Source: Geminicoccaceae bacterium (GTDB lineage Bacteria; Pseudomonadota; Alphaproteobacteria; Geminicoccales; Geminicoccaceae). Taken from it: a stretch of DNA of 64,000 bases. The stretch is taken from NCBI GenBank assembly GCA_036796215.1, contig DAIRDJ010000004.1, forward strand, positions 2,077-66,076, read 5' to 3'. Below, piece after piece: positions 45,890-55,673 of the stretch. The notes below the pieces were generated by a model. The model was not told where the DNA came from and searched no databases. It was given only the letters and a program-made list of their open reading frames with translations. Position 1 is the first letter of the stretch; every line of letters begins with the position of its first letter. Position numbers and translations under genes: made by a program.

Positions 45890-46255
45890 TCAGCTCCGTG
45901 GCGCCAGCATCGGGCCGAGCGGCCGCCCGGCCAGGATGTGGACATGGAAGTGCGGCACTTCCTGGTGCGCATCGGGTCCATGATTGGCGAGCAGGCGATA
46001 GCCGTCGGTTACCGCACCGAGGTCGCTCGCCACCTTGCCTGCGGCCTTGAAGAAGCCCGCGATCTCGTCGGCCGGGGCCTCGGCGCTGAAATCGGCGAAC
46101 GAGACGTAGCGGCCCTTGGGAATGACCAGCACATGGATCGGGGCTTGCGGGTTGATGTCGTGAAAGGCGAGCGCGTAGTCGTCCTCATAGACCTTCTTGC
46201 AGGGGATCTCGCCTCTTAGAATGCGCGCGAAGATGTTGCCGTCGTCATAGGCCAT
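45890..46255 (-). CDS. HIT-family (histidine triad) protein
   Basis: ORF 45890..46255. NIFARILRGEIP and the HVPHFHVHIL triad. Confidence 0.9.
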   Translation of the reverse strand: MAYDDGNIFARILRGEIPCKKVYEDDYALAFHDINPQAPIHVLVIPKGRYVSFADFSAEAPADEIAGFFKAAGKVASDLGAVTDGYRLLANHGPDAHQEVPHFHVHILAGRPLGPMLAPRS

Positions 46256-46383
46256 GGCGTTGCTCCTCGAGGCTGCTGCCGCTCGGCGGTGCGGTCAGCG
46301 GTTCCCTCACAAAGCCGCCTCGGCTTGTCAAGCCGTCCCGCTCCTGGCAGAGGGAAGCGCAGAATCCAGCCCGAGGCCGCCTC

Positions 46384-47355
46384 ATGTCGCTTGCCGTCGC
46401 CATTCAGATGGATCCGCTCGAAAGCGTCGATATCGACGCCGACAGCAGCTTCGTGCTCGCCCTCGAGGCGCAGCGGCGCGGCCACGGTCTCTACCATTAC
46501 GGGCCGCGTGACCTCGCCTACAAGCAGGGCCGGATCGTGGCCCGGGCGCGACCGTTCGAGGTGCGCCGCGAGAAGGGCAATCACGTCACCTTCGGCGTGG
46601 CCGAGCACATCGATCTTGCGACCCTCGACGTCGTGCTGATGCGCCAGGACCCGCCCTTCAACCTCAACTACATCTCGGCAACCCACCTCCTCGATCGCAT
46701 CCACCCCGAAACCTTGGTCATCAACGACCCGCACTCGGTCCGCAACGCCCCGGAGAAGCTGTTCGTCACCCACTTCGCCGAATTGATGCCGCCGACCCTG
46801 ATCACCTACGACATCGCCGACATCAGGGCGTTTCGCGCGGAGCACGGCGACATCATTGTCAAGCCGCTCTATGGCAATGGCGGTGCCGGGATCTTCCTGA
46901 TCAAGAAGGACGATCAGAACCTCTCGTCCCTGGTCGAGACCTTCAGGAGCTTCATCGACGAGCCCTTGATGGTCCAGCGCTACCTGCCGGAGATCAAGGC
47001 CGGCGACAAGCGGATCATCCTGATCGACGGCAAGCCCGTGGGCGCCCTCAACCGGGTGCCGCCCGACCACGATGTACGCGCCAATCTGCACGTCGGCGGC
47101 CGCGCGGAGAAGGCGACGCTCACCAGGCGGGATCTCGAGATCTGCGAGCTGATCGGCCCGGCGCTCGAGGCGTACGGCCTGCTCTTCACCGGCATCGACG
47201 TCATCGGCAACTATCTCACCGAGATCAACGTCACCTCGCCCACTGGCCTGCAGGAGATCAATCGCTTCGACGAGACGTCACTCGAGCGGCAGATCTGGGA
47301 TGCGATCGAAGTCAAGCTCGCCAACGGTCCGACCGCCCGACGCTGGATGAGCTGA
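46384..47355 (+). CDS. gshB: Glutathione synthetase
   Basis: ORF 46384..47355. Prokaryotic GshB N-domain plus ATP-grasp (IVKPLYGNGGAGIF, GDKRIILIDG, NLHVGG, TEINVTSPTG). Confidence 0.9.
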   Translation: MSLAVAIQMDPLESVDIDADSSFVLALEAQRRGHGLYHYGPRDLAYKQGRIVARARPFEVRREKGNHVTFGVAEHIDLATLDVVLMRQDPPFNLNYISATHLLDRIHPETLVINDPHSVRNAPEKLFVTHFAELMPPTLITYDIADIRAFRAEHGDIIVKPLYGNGGAGIFLIKKDDQNLSSLVETFRSFIDEPLMVQRYLPEIKAGDKRIILIDGKPVGALNRVPPDHDVRANLHVGGRAEKATLTRRDLEICELIGPALEAYGLLFTGIDVIGNYLTEINVTSPTGLQEINRFDETSLERQIWDAIEVKLANGPTARRWMS

Positions 47356-47429
47356 ACCATCCCCCGTCCGGCAGCGTTCGTCCTTTCCGCCCCGATTCCG
47401 ACTGTTTTGCCCCTGGTTCTGTAGCGACG

Positions 47430-47447
47430 ATCACAGTTCACTGTGAT
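47430..47447. promoter_or_regulatory. Perfect 8-bp inverted repeat ATCACAGT-TC-ACTGTGAT upstream of the TPR-FecR-cyclase operon
   Basis: Seen directly, 43 nt upstream of ATG 47490 in the gshB-TPR intergenic region. Operator-like geometry. Confidence 0.35.
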
Positions 47448-47489
47448 AGGCTTTGCTATTCAGCCAGCTTCTTCGAACGGGGGGAATCG

Positions 47490-49280
47490 ATGCTGAAGAT
47501 GACTTTGGTTGCTGCCGGCCTACTCGGTGCGACGGCCTTGGCCTCCGGTATTCTCAGCTCGGGTGCGACGGAGCCACGCTCCGGCGACATCCGGGAGCTG
47601 CTCGATCCGACCCGGGTCGCAGCCCAGACCTGCGGTGCCACCCGCTGGGCCAAGAACGAGCTCTTCAAGCCCGGCGTGTATCTGGCCTCGCTCGGGGTGC
47701 GCGCTGCCGCTGCCGCCGAAGGCGAGACTCTGCCGCATCTCGACGGGCTCGGCCCGCGCCGGCTCGAGGTGACGACCAAGAGCAAGGCCGCCCAGGCCCA
47801 TGTCGATCAGGGCTACGCCTGGCTCATGGGGTTCAACCACTTCCTCGCGGCCGAGTATTTCCGCCAGGCGCAGGCCGCCGATCCGGCTTGCGCGATGTGC
47901 TACTGGGGCGAGGCCTATGCCTTGGGGCCGAACATCAACGACGTCATGTACGACGCATCGGTGCGCCCGGCCTTTCAGGCGGTCTCGACCGCGATGGCGC
48001 TGAGGGACGTGGCGAGCGAGCGTGAGCAGGCGCTGATCGAGGCCCTGGCCGAACGCTACAGCCCCGATCCCGCCGCCGACCGGGCGGCCCTCGATGCGGC
48101 CTATGCGGATGCCATGGTCGAGGTGGCCGAGCGCTTCCCTGACGATGTCGACATTCTGGTGCTGGCCGCCGAGGCGAGCATGAACACCCAGCCCTGGGAC
48201 TACTGGGAGGCCGACGGGGTGACGCCCAAGGGCCGTGCCGGCACTCTGGTCGCGTTGCTGGAGACCGCGCTGGAGCTCGATCCCGATCACCCGCACGCCA
48301 TTCACCTCTACATCCACACCGTCGAGGCGTCGGCCGACCCACATCGCGCCGAGCCGCATGCCGACCGGCTGGCTGAGATGATGCCGACCGCCGGCCACCT
48401 GGTGCACATGCCGGCGCACATCTACTACCGGGTCGGCCGCTACCGGGATTCGCTCGAGGCCAATATCGAGGCGGCCGCGGCCGACGAAGCGCTGTTCGAG
48501 CACTGGGAGGAGGTCGGGCCCTATCGCTTCGGCTACTATCCGCACAACGTGCATTTCGTGCTGACCAGTGCCCAGATGGCCGGACTGGCGGCGGAGGCGC
48601 TGGATGCCGCGCAGAAGCTCGAGGCCGTGATGTCGGACGAGGTGGCGGCCGAGGTCGGCTGGATCCAGGCGATCAAGACGGCACCGCTGACCGCCCACGC
48701 GCAGTTCAGCGACACCGAGACGATCATGGCGCTGCCCGAGCCGGACGGCACCATGCCCTTCGTCAAGGCCTTCTGGCATTACGCGCGCGGCCTCGCCCTG
48801 GCGCGCGAGGACGATCCCGCCGCACTAGACGAGGCCCGGGCGATCGAGGCGCTGAAGGATGCGGACGGGCTCGACATGCTCGTCGAGAGCTACATTCCGG
48901 CCCCCGACATCCTGCAGCTCGCCGCCAACGTGGTGCGGGCCCGCCATCTCGCCCAGACGGGCGACTTCGCCGAGGCCACGGCATTGCTGGAGGAAGCGGT
49001 GGCGATCCAGGCGACCATCCCCTACATGGAGCCGTCCTACTGGTACTACCCGGTCGAGCAGACCTTGGGTGCCGTGCAGCTCGCGGCCGGCAATGCGGCG
49101 GCAGCGGCCGGCCACTTCCAGGCGTCACTCGTCACCGCCCCCAACAACGGCTGGTCGCTCTATGGCCTGCACGAGGCGCAACTGGCAATGGGCGACGAGG
49201 CGGCGGCCAAGGTCACGGCCGAGCGGCTCGCGGAGGCCTGGGTCGGACCGGCAGAACTCATGACCCTCGAACGATTATAG
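47490..49280 (+). CDS. Secreted TPR-like repeat protein of unknown function
   Basis: ORF 47490..49280. Signal peptide and helical repeat composition (QGYAWLMGFNHFLAAEYFRQA..., AAGNAAAAAGHFQASL...). Confidence 0.6.
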   Translation: MLKMTLVAAGLLGATALASGILSSGATEPRSGDIRELLDPTRVAAQTCGATRWAKNELFKPGVYLASLGVRAAAAAEGETLPHLDGLGPRRLEVTTKSKAAQAHVDQGYAWLMGFNHFLAAEYFRQAQAADPACAMCYWGEAYALGPNINDVMYDASVRPAFQAVSTAMALRDVASEREQALIEALAERYSPDPAADRAALDAAYADAMVEVAERFPDDVDILVLAAEASMNTQPWDYWEADGVTPKGRAGTLVALLETALELDPDHPHAIHLYIHTVEASADPHRAEPHADRLAEMMPTAGHLVHMPAHIYYRVGRYRDSLEANIEAAAADEALFEHWEEVGPYRFGYYPHNVHFVLTSAQMAGLAAEALDAAQKLEAVMSDEVAAEVGWIQAIKTAPLTAHAQFSDTETIMALPEPDGTMPFVKAFWHYARGLALAREDDPAALDEARAIEALKDADGLDMLVESYIPAPDILQLAANVVRARHLAQTGDFAEATALLEEAVAIQATIPYMEPSYWYYPVEQTLGAVQLAAGNAAAAAGHFQASLVTAPNNGWSLYGLHEAQLAMGDEAAAKVTAERLAEAWVGPAELMTLERL

Positions 49281-49289
49281 GGAGGTCCG

Positions 49290-50000
49290 ATGACGGCCCG
49301 CCACATGACCGTCCGCCTGTCCCGCCGCCAGGCGCTGGTCTTGTCGACCGCCGGCCTCGCTGCCCTCGCCGCCGCTCGGCCGGCCTTCGCGACCGAGGCC
49401 GGGGTGGTGAGTGCCTTGCGCGGTGCCATCGCTGCCACCCGCGATGGCGTTCCACGGGACCTGCACGTGGGGGCGGCCGTCCATCAGCAGGACAGCATCG
49501 TCACGGGCGTCGGGGCGCGATTGCGCATCACGCTCGTCGACGGCTCGACGCTGACCGTGGGCGAGAGCAGCCAGCTCGTGCTGAGCACGATCATCGCGGC
49601 GACCGATGCCGGCGGCGGCAGCATGGTGGTGGATCTGCTCTCCGGCATCGTCCGGGCGGTCCTCGGGCAACATCCGTCCGAGATGTTCGAGGTGCGCGGC
49701 CGGGCGGCCGTGGCCGCGGCCCGCTCGACCGAGTTCGTCGTCGAGACGGCATCGGGTGCGACCAGCGTCTTCGTCGCCAGAGGCGAGGTCGCGGTGCGTG
49801 CCAGCTATGGTCAGGGCGACACGGTTCTGACCGCAGGTGATGGCATCGATGTCGAGCGCGGGGCCATGCGGCGCGCTCCGGCATCGAGCTTCGGGCGAGG
49901 CGACCGCGACGAGCCTGAGTCCAGGGAGCTCGGCCCGGTCCGCCGCTGGGGCCAGGGCCGCATCGAGCAGGTCATGGCCAGGACCACGGTCGAGGATTGA
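49290..50000 (+). CDS. FecR-domain protein with Tat-like signal
   Basis: ORF 49290..50000. SRRQALVLSTAGLAALAAARPAFA signal, then a G-x-V...VHQQDSIVTG...RLRITLVDGSTLTVGESSQL FecR-type beta segment. Confidence 0.7.
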   Translation: MTARHMTVRLSRRQALVLSTAGLAALAAARPAFATEAGVVSALRGAIAATRDGVPRDLHVGAAVHQQDSIVTGVGARLRITLVDGSTLTVGESSQLVLSTIIAATDAGGGSMVVDLLSGIVRAVLGQHPSEMFEVRGRAAVAAARSTEFVVETASGATSVFVARGEVAVRASYGQGDTVLTAGDGIDVERGAMRRAPASSFGRGDRDEPESRELGPVRRWGQGRIEQVMARTTVED

Positions 50001-51916
50001 TGCGTCGCGCGGCGCTGGGCTTTCTCGCCTTCCTGGCGCTCTTGATGCTGGCCCATGTTCGCCTGCACGATACCGGACCCGTCCGGGCCCTCGACTATGC
50101 GACATTCGATCTGCGCCTGAAGCTCAGACCGGCCCTCGGGCCGGGCGATGAGGTGGCGATCGTCGTGATCGATGACGCCTCGCTGCAGCGTCTCGGCCAT
50201 TGGCCACCGCCGCGCGCCGCACTCGCCGCTGCCTTCGAGGCGCTGGCGGCGGCCGGTGCTTCGGTCGTTGCGGTCGATCTCTTGCTGCTCGAGCCCACGA
50301 CCGCTGCCGGCGGTCCCGAGGACGCCCAGGCCCTGGTCCACGCCATCATGCGCAAGAGCAACATCGTCCTCGCCATGGCCTTCGGCTTTGCCGCAAAGGT
50401 CGAGATGGACTTGGCCGACAAGCTGGCGCTGGGGCACGAGGCCGTGCCGATCGCCCGGACGACGCCTGAAGCCGTCGATCTCTTAGGCGAGCCCGCCGGC
50501 GTGTTTCTGCCGTTTCGTCCACTTGCCGAGCACGCCCGCCTCGGCCACGTCAATGTCTTCGTCGAGCCCGCGGGCGAGCTCCGCTACATCCATCCGGTCA
50601 TTCGCTTCGAGGAGGCCTGGTACCCCGCTTTGGCATTGCAGGCGGTGGCGCTGCATCGCGGCCTTGCGGCCGAAGCCATCATCTTCACCGAGGGGCAGCG
50701 GCTCGTGCTCGGTGAGGTCACCGCACCACTCGATACGGCCTCGCGTCTGGTCATCAATCCCTATGGCCCGCCCGGCACGTTTCCCCACATCTCCCTGGTC
50801 GACCTGCTCGATGGCCGGCTCGAGCCGGGCGTGCTCGACGACAAGGTCGTGCTGGTCGGGGCCACGGCCACAGGTGTGCGCGACCGTTTCGGGACGGCCT
50901 TTCATCCGCAGGTCGCAGGCGTCGAGATCTTTGCCAATGTCGTCGACAACCTGCTCACTGGCCGCTTCATCGATCGCGGCGCCGATGTGCGGACCCTCGA
51001 GCTCGGGCTGATCGTCGCCAGCGCCACAACAGCCCTCGCTCTCTTGCTGCCGCTGCCCTTGCCGCTGCTCGCAGTGCTCGCGGTTGTCGTGGTGCTGCTG
51101 CCGTTTGCCATGGCGACGCTGGCGCTTCTCGGCTTCGGTCTATGGCTCGACATGGTTGTCGCGACATTGGGTTGCCTGGTGGTGGCAAGCTTGGCCTTCG
51201 CCGTTCGCTTTCGCCGCATGCGGCTGCGCGGCCTCGCCCTGGAGCACCGCTCGCACGAGCTCGAGCGCTACGTCTCGCCGGTGCTCCGCGCCAGGCTGGC
51301 GAGCGAGGGGCTCGCCGAACGCGACCAGCTGGCGGCGATCCTCTTTTGCGATCTCGAGGGCTTCACCTCAGCGGCGGAGACGGTCGCCCCCGACCAGTTG
51401 CAGCTTATCCTGCAGCGCTTCTACGCCCTGATCGAGACCACGGCCACCGCACACGGGGCGGTGGTTGCGGGCTACGCCGGCGACGGGGCGATGCTGATCC
51501 TGGGCCTGCCCGACCCGGCGCCCGAGGACCCGCTGAACGCGATTCGCTGTGGTACGGCACTCCTGGCTGCGATGCCCGGCTGGCAGACCGCGGCGAGACA
51601 GGCCGGCCTCGGCAGCTTGGATCTCAGGATCGGCATCAATTACGGCCGGGTGCGGATCGGCCATGTCGGGGGTGGCGATCAGATCCAGCTCACCGCCACC
51701 GGCGACGTGGTCAATGTTGCAGCCCGCCTGCAAGAACAGACTCGGGTCGAAAACGTGCCCATGCTGGTGTCGGCCACGACGGTTGAAGCCGCCCGGGCAC
51801 ACGCCGGCGATCGGGTGGTCCGGCACCTGACGCCGTTGCCGCCCATGCAGCTGCGCGGACGGCAGGAAGCGGTGCCGGTCTACGCCCTGGGCCCGGCGTC
51901 CGAAAACCACGACTAG
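50000..51916 (+). CDS. CHASE2-domain membrane receptor fused to a class III nucleotidyl cyclase domain
   Basis: ORF 49997..51916 (ATG 50000 overlaps the FecR TGA). N-terminal TM, a periplasmic CHASE2-like region (IVVIDDASL...GHWPPPR...VAVDLLL), three TM segments, then LFCDLEGFT...GDGAMLILG...GDVVNVAARLQ. Confidence 0.8.
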   Translation: MRRAALGFLAFLALLMLAHVRLHDTGPVRALDYATFDLRLKLRPALGPGDEVAIVVIDDASLQRLGHWPPPRAALAAAFEALAAAGASVVAVDLLLLEPTTAAGGPEDAQALVHAIMRKSNIVLAMAFGFAAKVEMDLADKLALGHEAVPIARTTPEAVDLLGEPAGVFLPFRPLAEHARLGHVNVFVEPAGELRYIHPVIRFEEAWYPALALQAVALHRGLAAEAIIFTEGQRLVLGEVTAPLDTASRLVINPYGPPGTFPHISLVDLLDGRLEPGVLDDKVVLVGATATGVRDRFGTAFHPQVAGVEIFANVVDNLLTGRFIDRGADVRTLELGLIVASATTALALLLPLPLPLLAVLAVVVVLLPFAMATLALLGFGLWLDMVVATLGCLVVASLAFAVRFRRMRLRGLALEHRSHELERYVSPVLRARLASEGLAERDQLAAILFCDLEGFTSAAETVAPDQLQLILQRFYALIETTATAHGAVVAGYAGDGAMLILGLPDPAPEDPLNAIRCGTALLAAMPGWQTAARQAGLGSLDLRIGINYGRVRIGHVGGGDQIQLTATGDVVNVAARLQEQTRVENVPMLVSATTVEAARAHAGDRVVRHLTPLPPMQLRGRQEAVPVYALGPASENHD

Positions 51917-52231
51917 AGCGCGCATTTTTTCACTGCTTTTGTGATCTTGATCACGCACGCCGCCCGGCGGCCCATGCGAGAGTTTGGCTTTCGGGTGCCC
52001 GTCGCCCGTTCTCGAACCGATCGAAAGCACGACCCATGCACCAACTGAAGGACTTGCCGCCAACCCAACGATACCCGCTGCCACTCGACGGGCTGCTGCC
52101 CGCCGCCTGCTCGATGGCGGTGCTCTGCATCGCTCTCTTCCTGCTCCTCTTCTTGGCCTGAGCTTGAGCCTGCCCTGGCGGCCGGCGGCCTCCATCGCTA
52201 GTCTGCGGTGTGACAGGCGAGGCGAGTGCGC

Positions 52232-53107
52232 ATGCGGATCACCCTTCTCGGCACCGGCTGCCCGGCCGTCCAGCCGCGCCGCTACGGTGCGGCCCAGTTG
52301 ATCGAGAGCGGCACCACGCGGCTCCTGGTCGATTGCGGCAACGGCTGCATCCAGCGCCTGGTCGAGGCAGGGCACTCGCCGGCAGCACCGGATGCGCTTC
52401 TCGTCACCCACCTGCACAGCGATCACCTGGTCGATCTCTGGCAGCTCACGGTCGCCGGCTGGCACGCCGGCCGCAGCCGGCCGCTCCGCATCTACGGCCC
52501 GCCGCCGGTGCTGGCTCACGCCAAAGGGCTGGAGGCGGCCTGGGCGGACGAGCGGGCACAGCGCCTGGCCTACGAGGCACGGCCCAACCCCGAGGGTTTT
52601 GCACTCGAGCTCAAGGCGATCGAGCCCGGGCAGCGGCTGGAATTCGGTGATCTCGAGGTTGCGGTCGTGGGCGTCGACCACCGGCCGATCGCCCCGGCCC
52701 TGGGCTTCGTCTTCGCCGACGGCCGCCATCGTCTGGCCTTCTCCGGCGATACCCGCCCCTGCCCGGCGCTCATCGAGGCCGCCCTTGACTGCGATCTTCT
52801 GGTCCACGAGGTCTTCGTCCACGGGACGATGCAGCCGAAACCGGGCGTGCGTACAGCTGCCACCATTGCCGCTGTCGAGGCCTATCACACGCTCTCGACC
52901 GACCTCGGTGCGATAGCGACCGCGGCCCGTGCCAAGGCGCTTCTGCTCACCCATATCGTCCCGCCCGACGTCCCTCCCGAACGGCTGCTCGCCGACGTGC
53001 GACAGGGCTATACGGGGCCGGTGATCGTCGGCGAGGACTTGCTGAGCGTGGACCTCGGAGCCCGCACAGTATCCTGGCGCGGGATGGTCGTGGGATTGGG
53101 CGGGTAG
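52232..53107 (+). CDS. MBL-fold metallo-hydrolase (RNase Z/ElaC-like)
   Basis: ORF 52226..53107. ITLLGTG, the HLHSDH motif, FSGDTR. Confidence 0.8.
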   Translation: MRITLLGTGCPAVQPRRYGAAQLIESGTTRLLVDCGNGCIQRLVEAGHSPAAPDALLVTHLHSDHLVDLWQLTVAGWHAGRSRPLRIYGPPPVLAHAKGLEAAWADERAQRLAYEARPNPEGFALELKAIEPGQRLEFGDLEVAVVGVDHRPIAPALGFVFADGRHRLAFSGDTRPCPALIEAALDCDLLVHEVFVHGTMQPKPGVRTAATIAAVEAYHTLSTDLGAIATAARAKALLLTHIVPPDVPPERLLADVRQGYTGPVIVGEDLLSVDLGARTVSWRGMVVGLGG

Positions 53108-53116
53108 GAGAGCATT

Positions 53117-53139
53117 GCGGGGAAGATGATCCTCCCCGC
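53117..53139. repeat. 23-nt palindromic element, copy A (GCGGGGAAGAT-G-ATCCTCCCCGC)
   Basis: 11-nt arms with one mismatch, 10 nt after the MBL stop. Same architecture as the copies at 58117 and 58909. Confidence 0.5.
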
Positions 53140-53211
53140 GCCCCACCGGTTATTTGGCCGGCGTGGACGGCTGGCAGCGGTGCTCCCTCGGGCTTCCTTG
53201 AACGTCTAGGC

Positions 53212-54018
53212 TCAGGGTTCGAGCCAGAAGCCCCGCCGCTGACGCCCGCCAATCATGCAGTCGACCGGTTGCTCCGCCTGTACGCGGACCACCCGGGGCG
53301 GCGGCTCCGCGAGCCCGGCGATATCGAGGATCAGCTTTTGGCGTATCGCCTCGGCCATCTCGGAAAGCTCGGTCACCGGCAGCACGAAGGCACCGGGACC
53401 GCCGATCACGCAATCCCGGTAGTAGGCATCGAGACCGACCGCGTTTGGGCCGCCCCGCATCGATGGGCGGATCATGATCGGGAGGCCGTTGATGGTGATT
53501 CCGGCCTCGAGCACACGGTCACGCGACGGCACCACCGGGGCGCCCATATTGTTGGGCCCGTCGCCCGAGATGTCGATCACCTGACGGACGCCCTCAAACC
53601 CGTTGTCGGCAAAAAGCGGCAGGGCGAAATCGAGGGCCGAACTCATCGAGGTGCCACGCATGAACGTGATCGGTGCGGTGGCCAGGATCTCTGAGATCCG
53701 CAGCGCGTCCTCGTCGTCGGTGACGATCGTCCAGGGCAGGATAATGGCGTGGCGACCGGGGCCTGCCCACTCGACATAGGTCAGTGCCGTGCGCTGAAAG
53801 CCGCCAGAGAGCACCGCCCTGACAAAATCCGGATGGCCGATCGCCTGGGCGTAGCCCTGGCGCTGCACCTCGTGTTCCTCCTGGTCCATCGAGCCCGAGA
53901 CATCGACCAGCAGCACGAGTTCGACATCGACCGGCAGATCGAAATCCTGGGCCGTGCCCGGCGAGACGTCGGCAGTCAGGCCGAACGCGAGGCAGAGTGT
54001 GGCGACGATGCGCAGCAT
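53212..54018 (-). CDS. DUF1194-like (vWA-fold) secreted protein
   Basis: ORF 53212..54063 trimmed to MLRIVATL (GGAGAG upstream). LVLLVDVSGSMD MIDAS-like motif, ISGDGPNN, INGLPI. Confidence 0.7.
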   Translation of the reverse strand: MLRIVATLCLAFGLTADVSPGTAQDFDLPVDVELVLLVDVSGSMDQEEHEVQRQGYAQAIGHPDFVRAVLSGGFQRTALTYVEWAGPGRHAIILPWTIVTDDEDALRISEILATAPITFMRGTSMSSALDFALPLFADNGFEGVRQVIDISGDGPNNMGAPVVPSRDRVLEAGITINGLPIMIRPSMRGGPNAVGLDAYYRDCVIGGPGAFVLPVTELSEMAEAIRQKLILDIAGLAEPPPRVVRVQAEQPVDCMIGGRQRRGFWLEP

Positions 54019-54281
54019 GGGCTCTCTCCGAATGAGCGATCGACGACTCCGCTTGAAAGACATCGGCCTCGATTAGCCTAGCGCGGGTCAGCGGGCGGGC
54101 AAGGATGGATGCGCGGCGATCACCCTTTCGTCTTGCGGCAGGGTGCGACAGTCGAGCGGGCCAGTTCCCACGACCGACTACGCAAGCGGTGCGACGGCAC
54201 TTCCCGGGCGATCGAAGGCGGGGTGGTCGCCATCGCAGCGTCTCTCGGCTATGACGGCGCGAGCATGAACCGGGGACCAGG

Positions 54282-55673
54282 ATGATCAGCTGCACGAGTA
54301 CGCGCGGTGGGGCGGCCGGGCGCCGTTTCGAGGAGGTTCTCTTGGGCGGCCTCGCCGAGGATGGCGGGCTCTACGTGCCCGAATCCTGGCCCGAGATCGA
54401 CGTGGCCGGGTTCACCGGTCTCGACTATCCGACGACCGCAGCCAAGCTCCTGGCCCCCTTCACCGCCGGCTGCTTCGACGAGGCCGAGCTCCTGGCCATG
54501 GCGAAGGCGGCTTATGCCGATTTCCGCCATGCCGCCACCGCACCCTTGGTCCAGCTCGGCCACGACGAGTGGCTCCTGGAGCTCTTCCACGGGCCGACCT
54601 TCGCCTTCAAGGACTTCGCCATGCAGCTCCTCGGCCGCATGTTCGAGGCGGTGCTGGCGCGGCGTGGCCACCACATCACCATCGTCGGCGCCACCTCCGG
54701 CGATACCGGGGCTGCGGCGGTTCGCGCCTTTGCCGGGCTCGAGCGGATCAGGGTTGCGATCCTCTTCCCCGAGGGCCGGATCTCACCCGTCCAGCGGCGG
54801 CAGATGACGACATCGAGCGAGGCCAATGTTCGGGTGATCGCGGTCCGGGGCACTTTCGACGACTGCCAGAACCGCTTGAAGGAGATGTTCGCCGACGTGG
54901 CGTTCCGCGACCGGGTGGGGCTCGCGGCGGTCAACTCGATCAACTGGGCGCGGGTCGTGGCCCAGGCGGCCTACTACGTCTATGCCGCGCTGCGCCTGGG
55001 TGGCCTCGAGCGGCCTTTGGCGTTCGCGGTGCCGACCGGCAATTTCGGCGACGTCTACGCCGGCTATGTCGCCAAGCGGGTGGGGCTGCCGCTGGCCAAG
55101 CTGATCGTGGCGACCAACGAGAACGACATTCTCGCCAGGTTCCTGGCGACCGGCCGCTATGCGCGGGGCCGGGTGGTCGCGACCTCGAGCCCGTCGATGG
55201 ACATCCAGGTGGCCTCCAATTTCGAGCGGCTGTTGTTCGAGATGGAGGCGCGGGACGGGGCGGCGGTGGCGGCGCTGATGCGAACCTTCGCGGCCGAGGG
55301 GGCGCTCGAGGTGGCCGATGCGAAGCGCGATGCGGTCAGGGCGCTCTTTGCCGGCTCGCGCGTCGACGAGGCGACCACCCGGGCGACCATTCGCGAGGTT
55401 CTGGCGAGCACCGGCCAGCTGGTCGACCCGCACACCGCCGTCGGCATCCGCGCCGGCCGCGCCATGGCCCCCGACGGGGCGCCGCTGGTGACGCTCGCGA
55501 CCGCGCATCCGGCCAAGTTCCCGGATGCGATCAAAGCCGCCGTCGGCCGAGAGGCGCCTGTGCCGCCGGAATTCGAGGCGATGCTGCAAGCGGACGAGCG
55601 CTACACTACATTGCCCGATGATCTGGCCACTATCGAGGCCGACCTCCTGCACTGGATCGAAAGCACTTCATGA
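54282..55673 (+). CDS. thrC: Threonine synthase
   Basis: ORF 54282..55673. STRGG near the N-terminus, GPTFAFKDFA (PLP-Lys), ATSGDTG, NSINWARV. Confidence 0.9.
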   Translation: MISCTSTRGGAAGRRFEEVLLGGLAEDGGLYVPESWPEIDVAGFTGLDYPTTAAKLLAPFTAGCFDEAELLAMAKAAYADFRHAATAPLVQLGHDEWLLELFHGPTFAFKDFAMQLLGRMFEAVLARRGHHITIVGATSGDTGAAAVRAFAGLERIRVAILFPEGRISPVQRRQMTTSSEANVRVIAVRGTFDDCQNRLKEMFADVAFRDRVGLAAVNSINWARVVAQAAYYVYAALRLGGLERPLAFAVPTGNFGDVYAGYVAKRVGLPLAKLIVATNENDILARFLATGRYARGRVVATSSPSMDIQVASNFERLLFEMEARDGAAVAALMRTFAAEGALEVADAKRDAVRALFAGSRVDEATTRATIREVLASTGQLVDPHTAVGIRAGRAMAPDGAPLVTLATAHPAKFPDAIKAAVGREAPVPPEFEAMLQADERYTTLPDDLATIEADLLHWIESTS

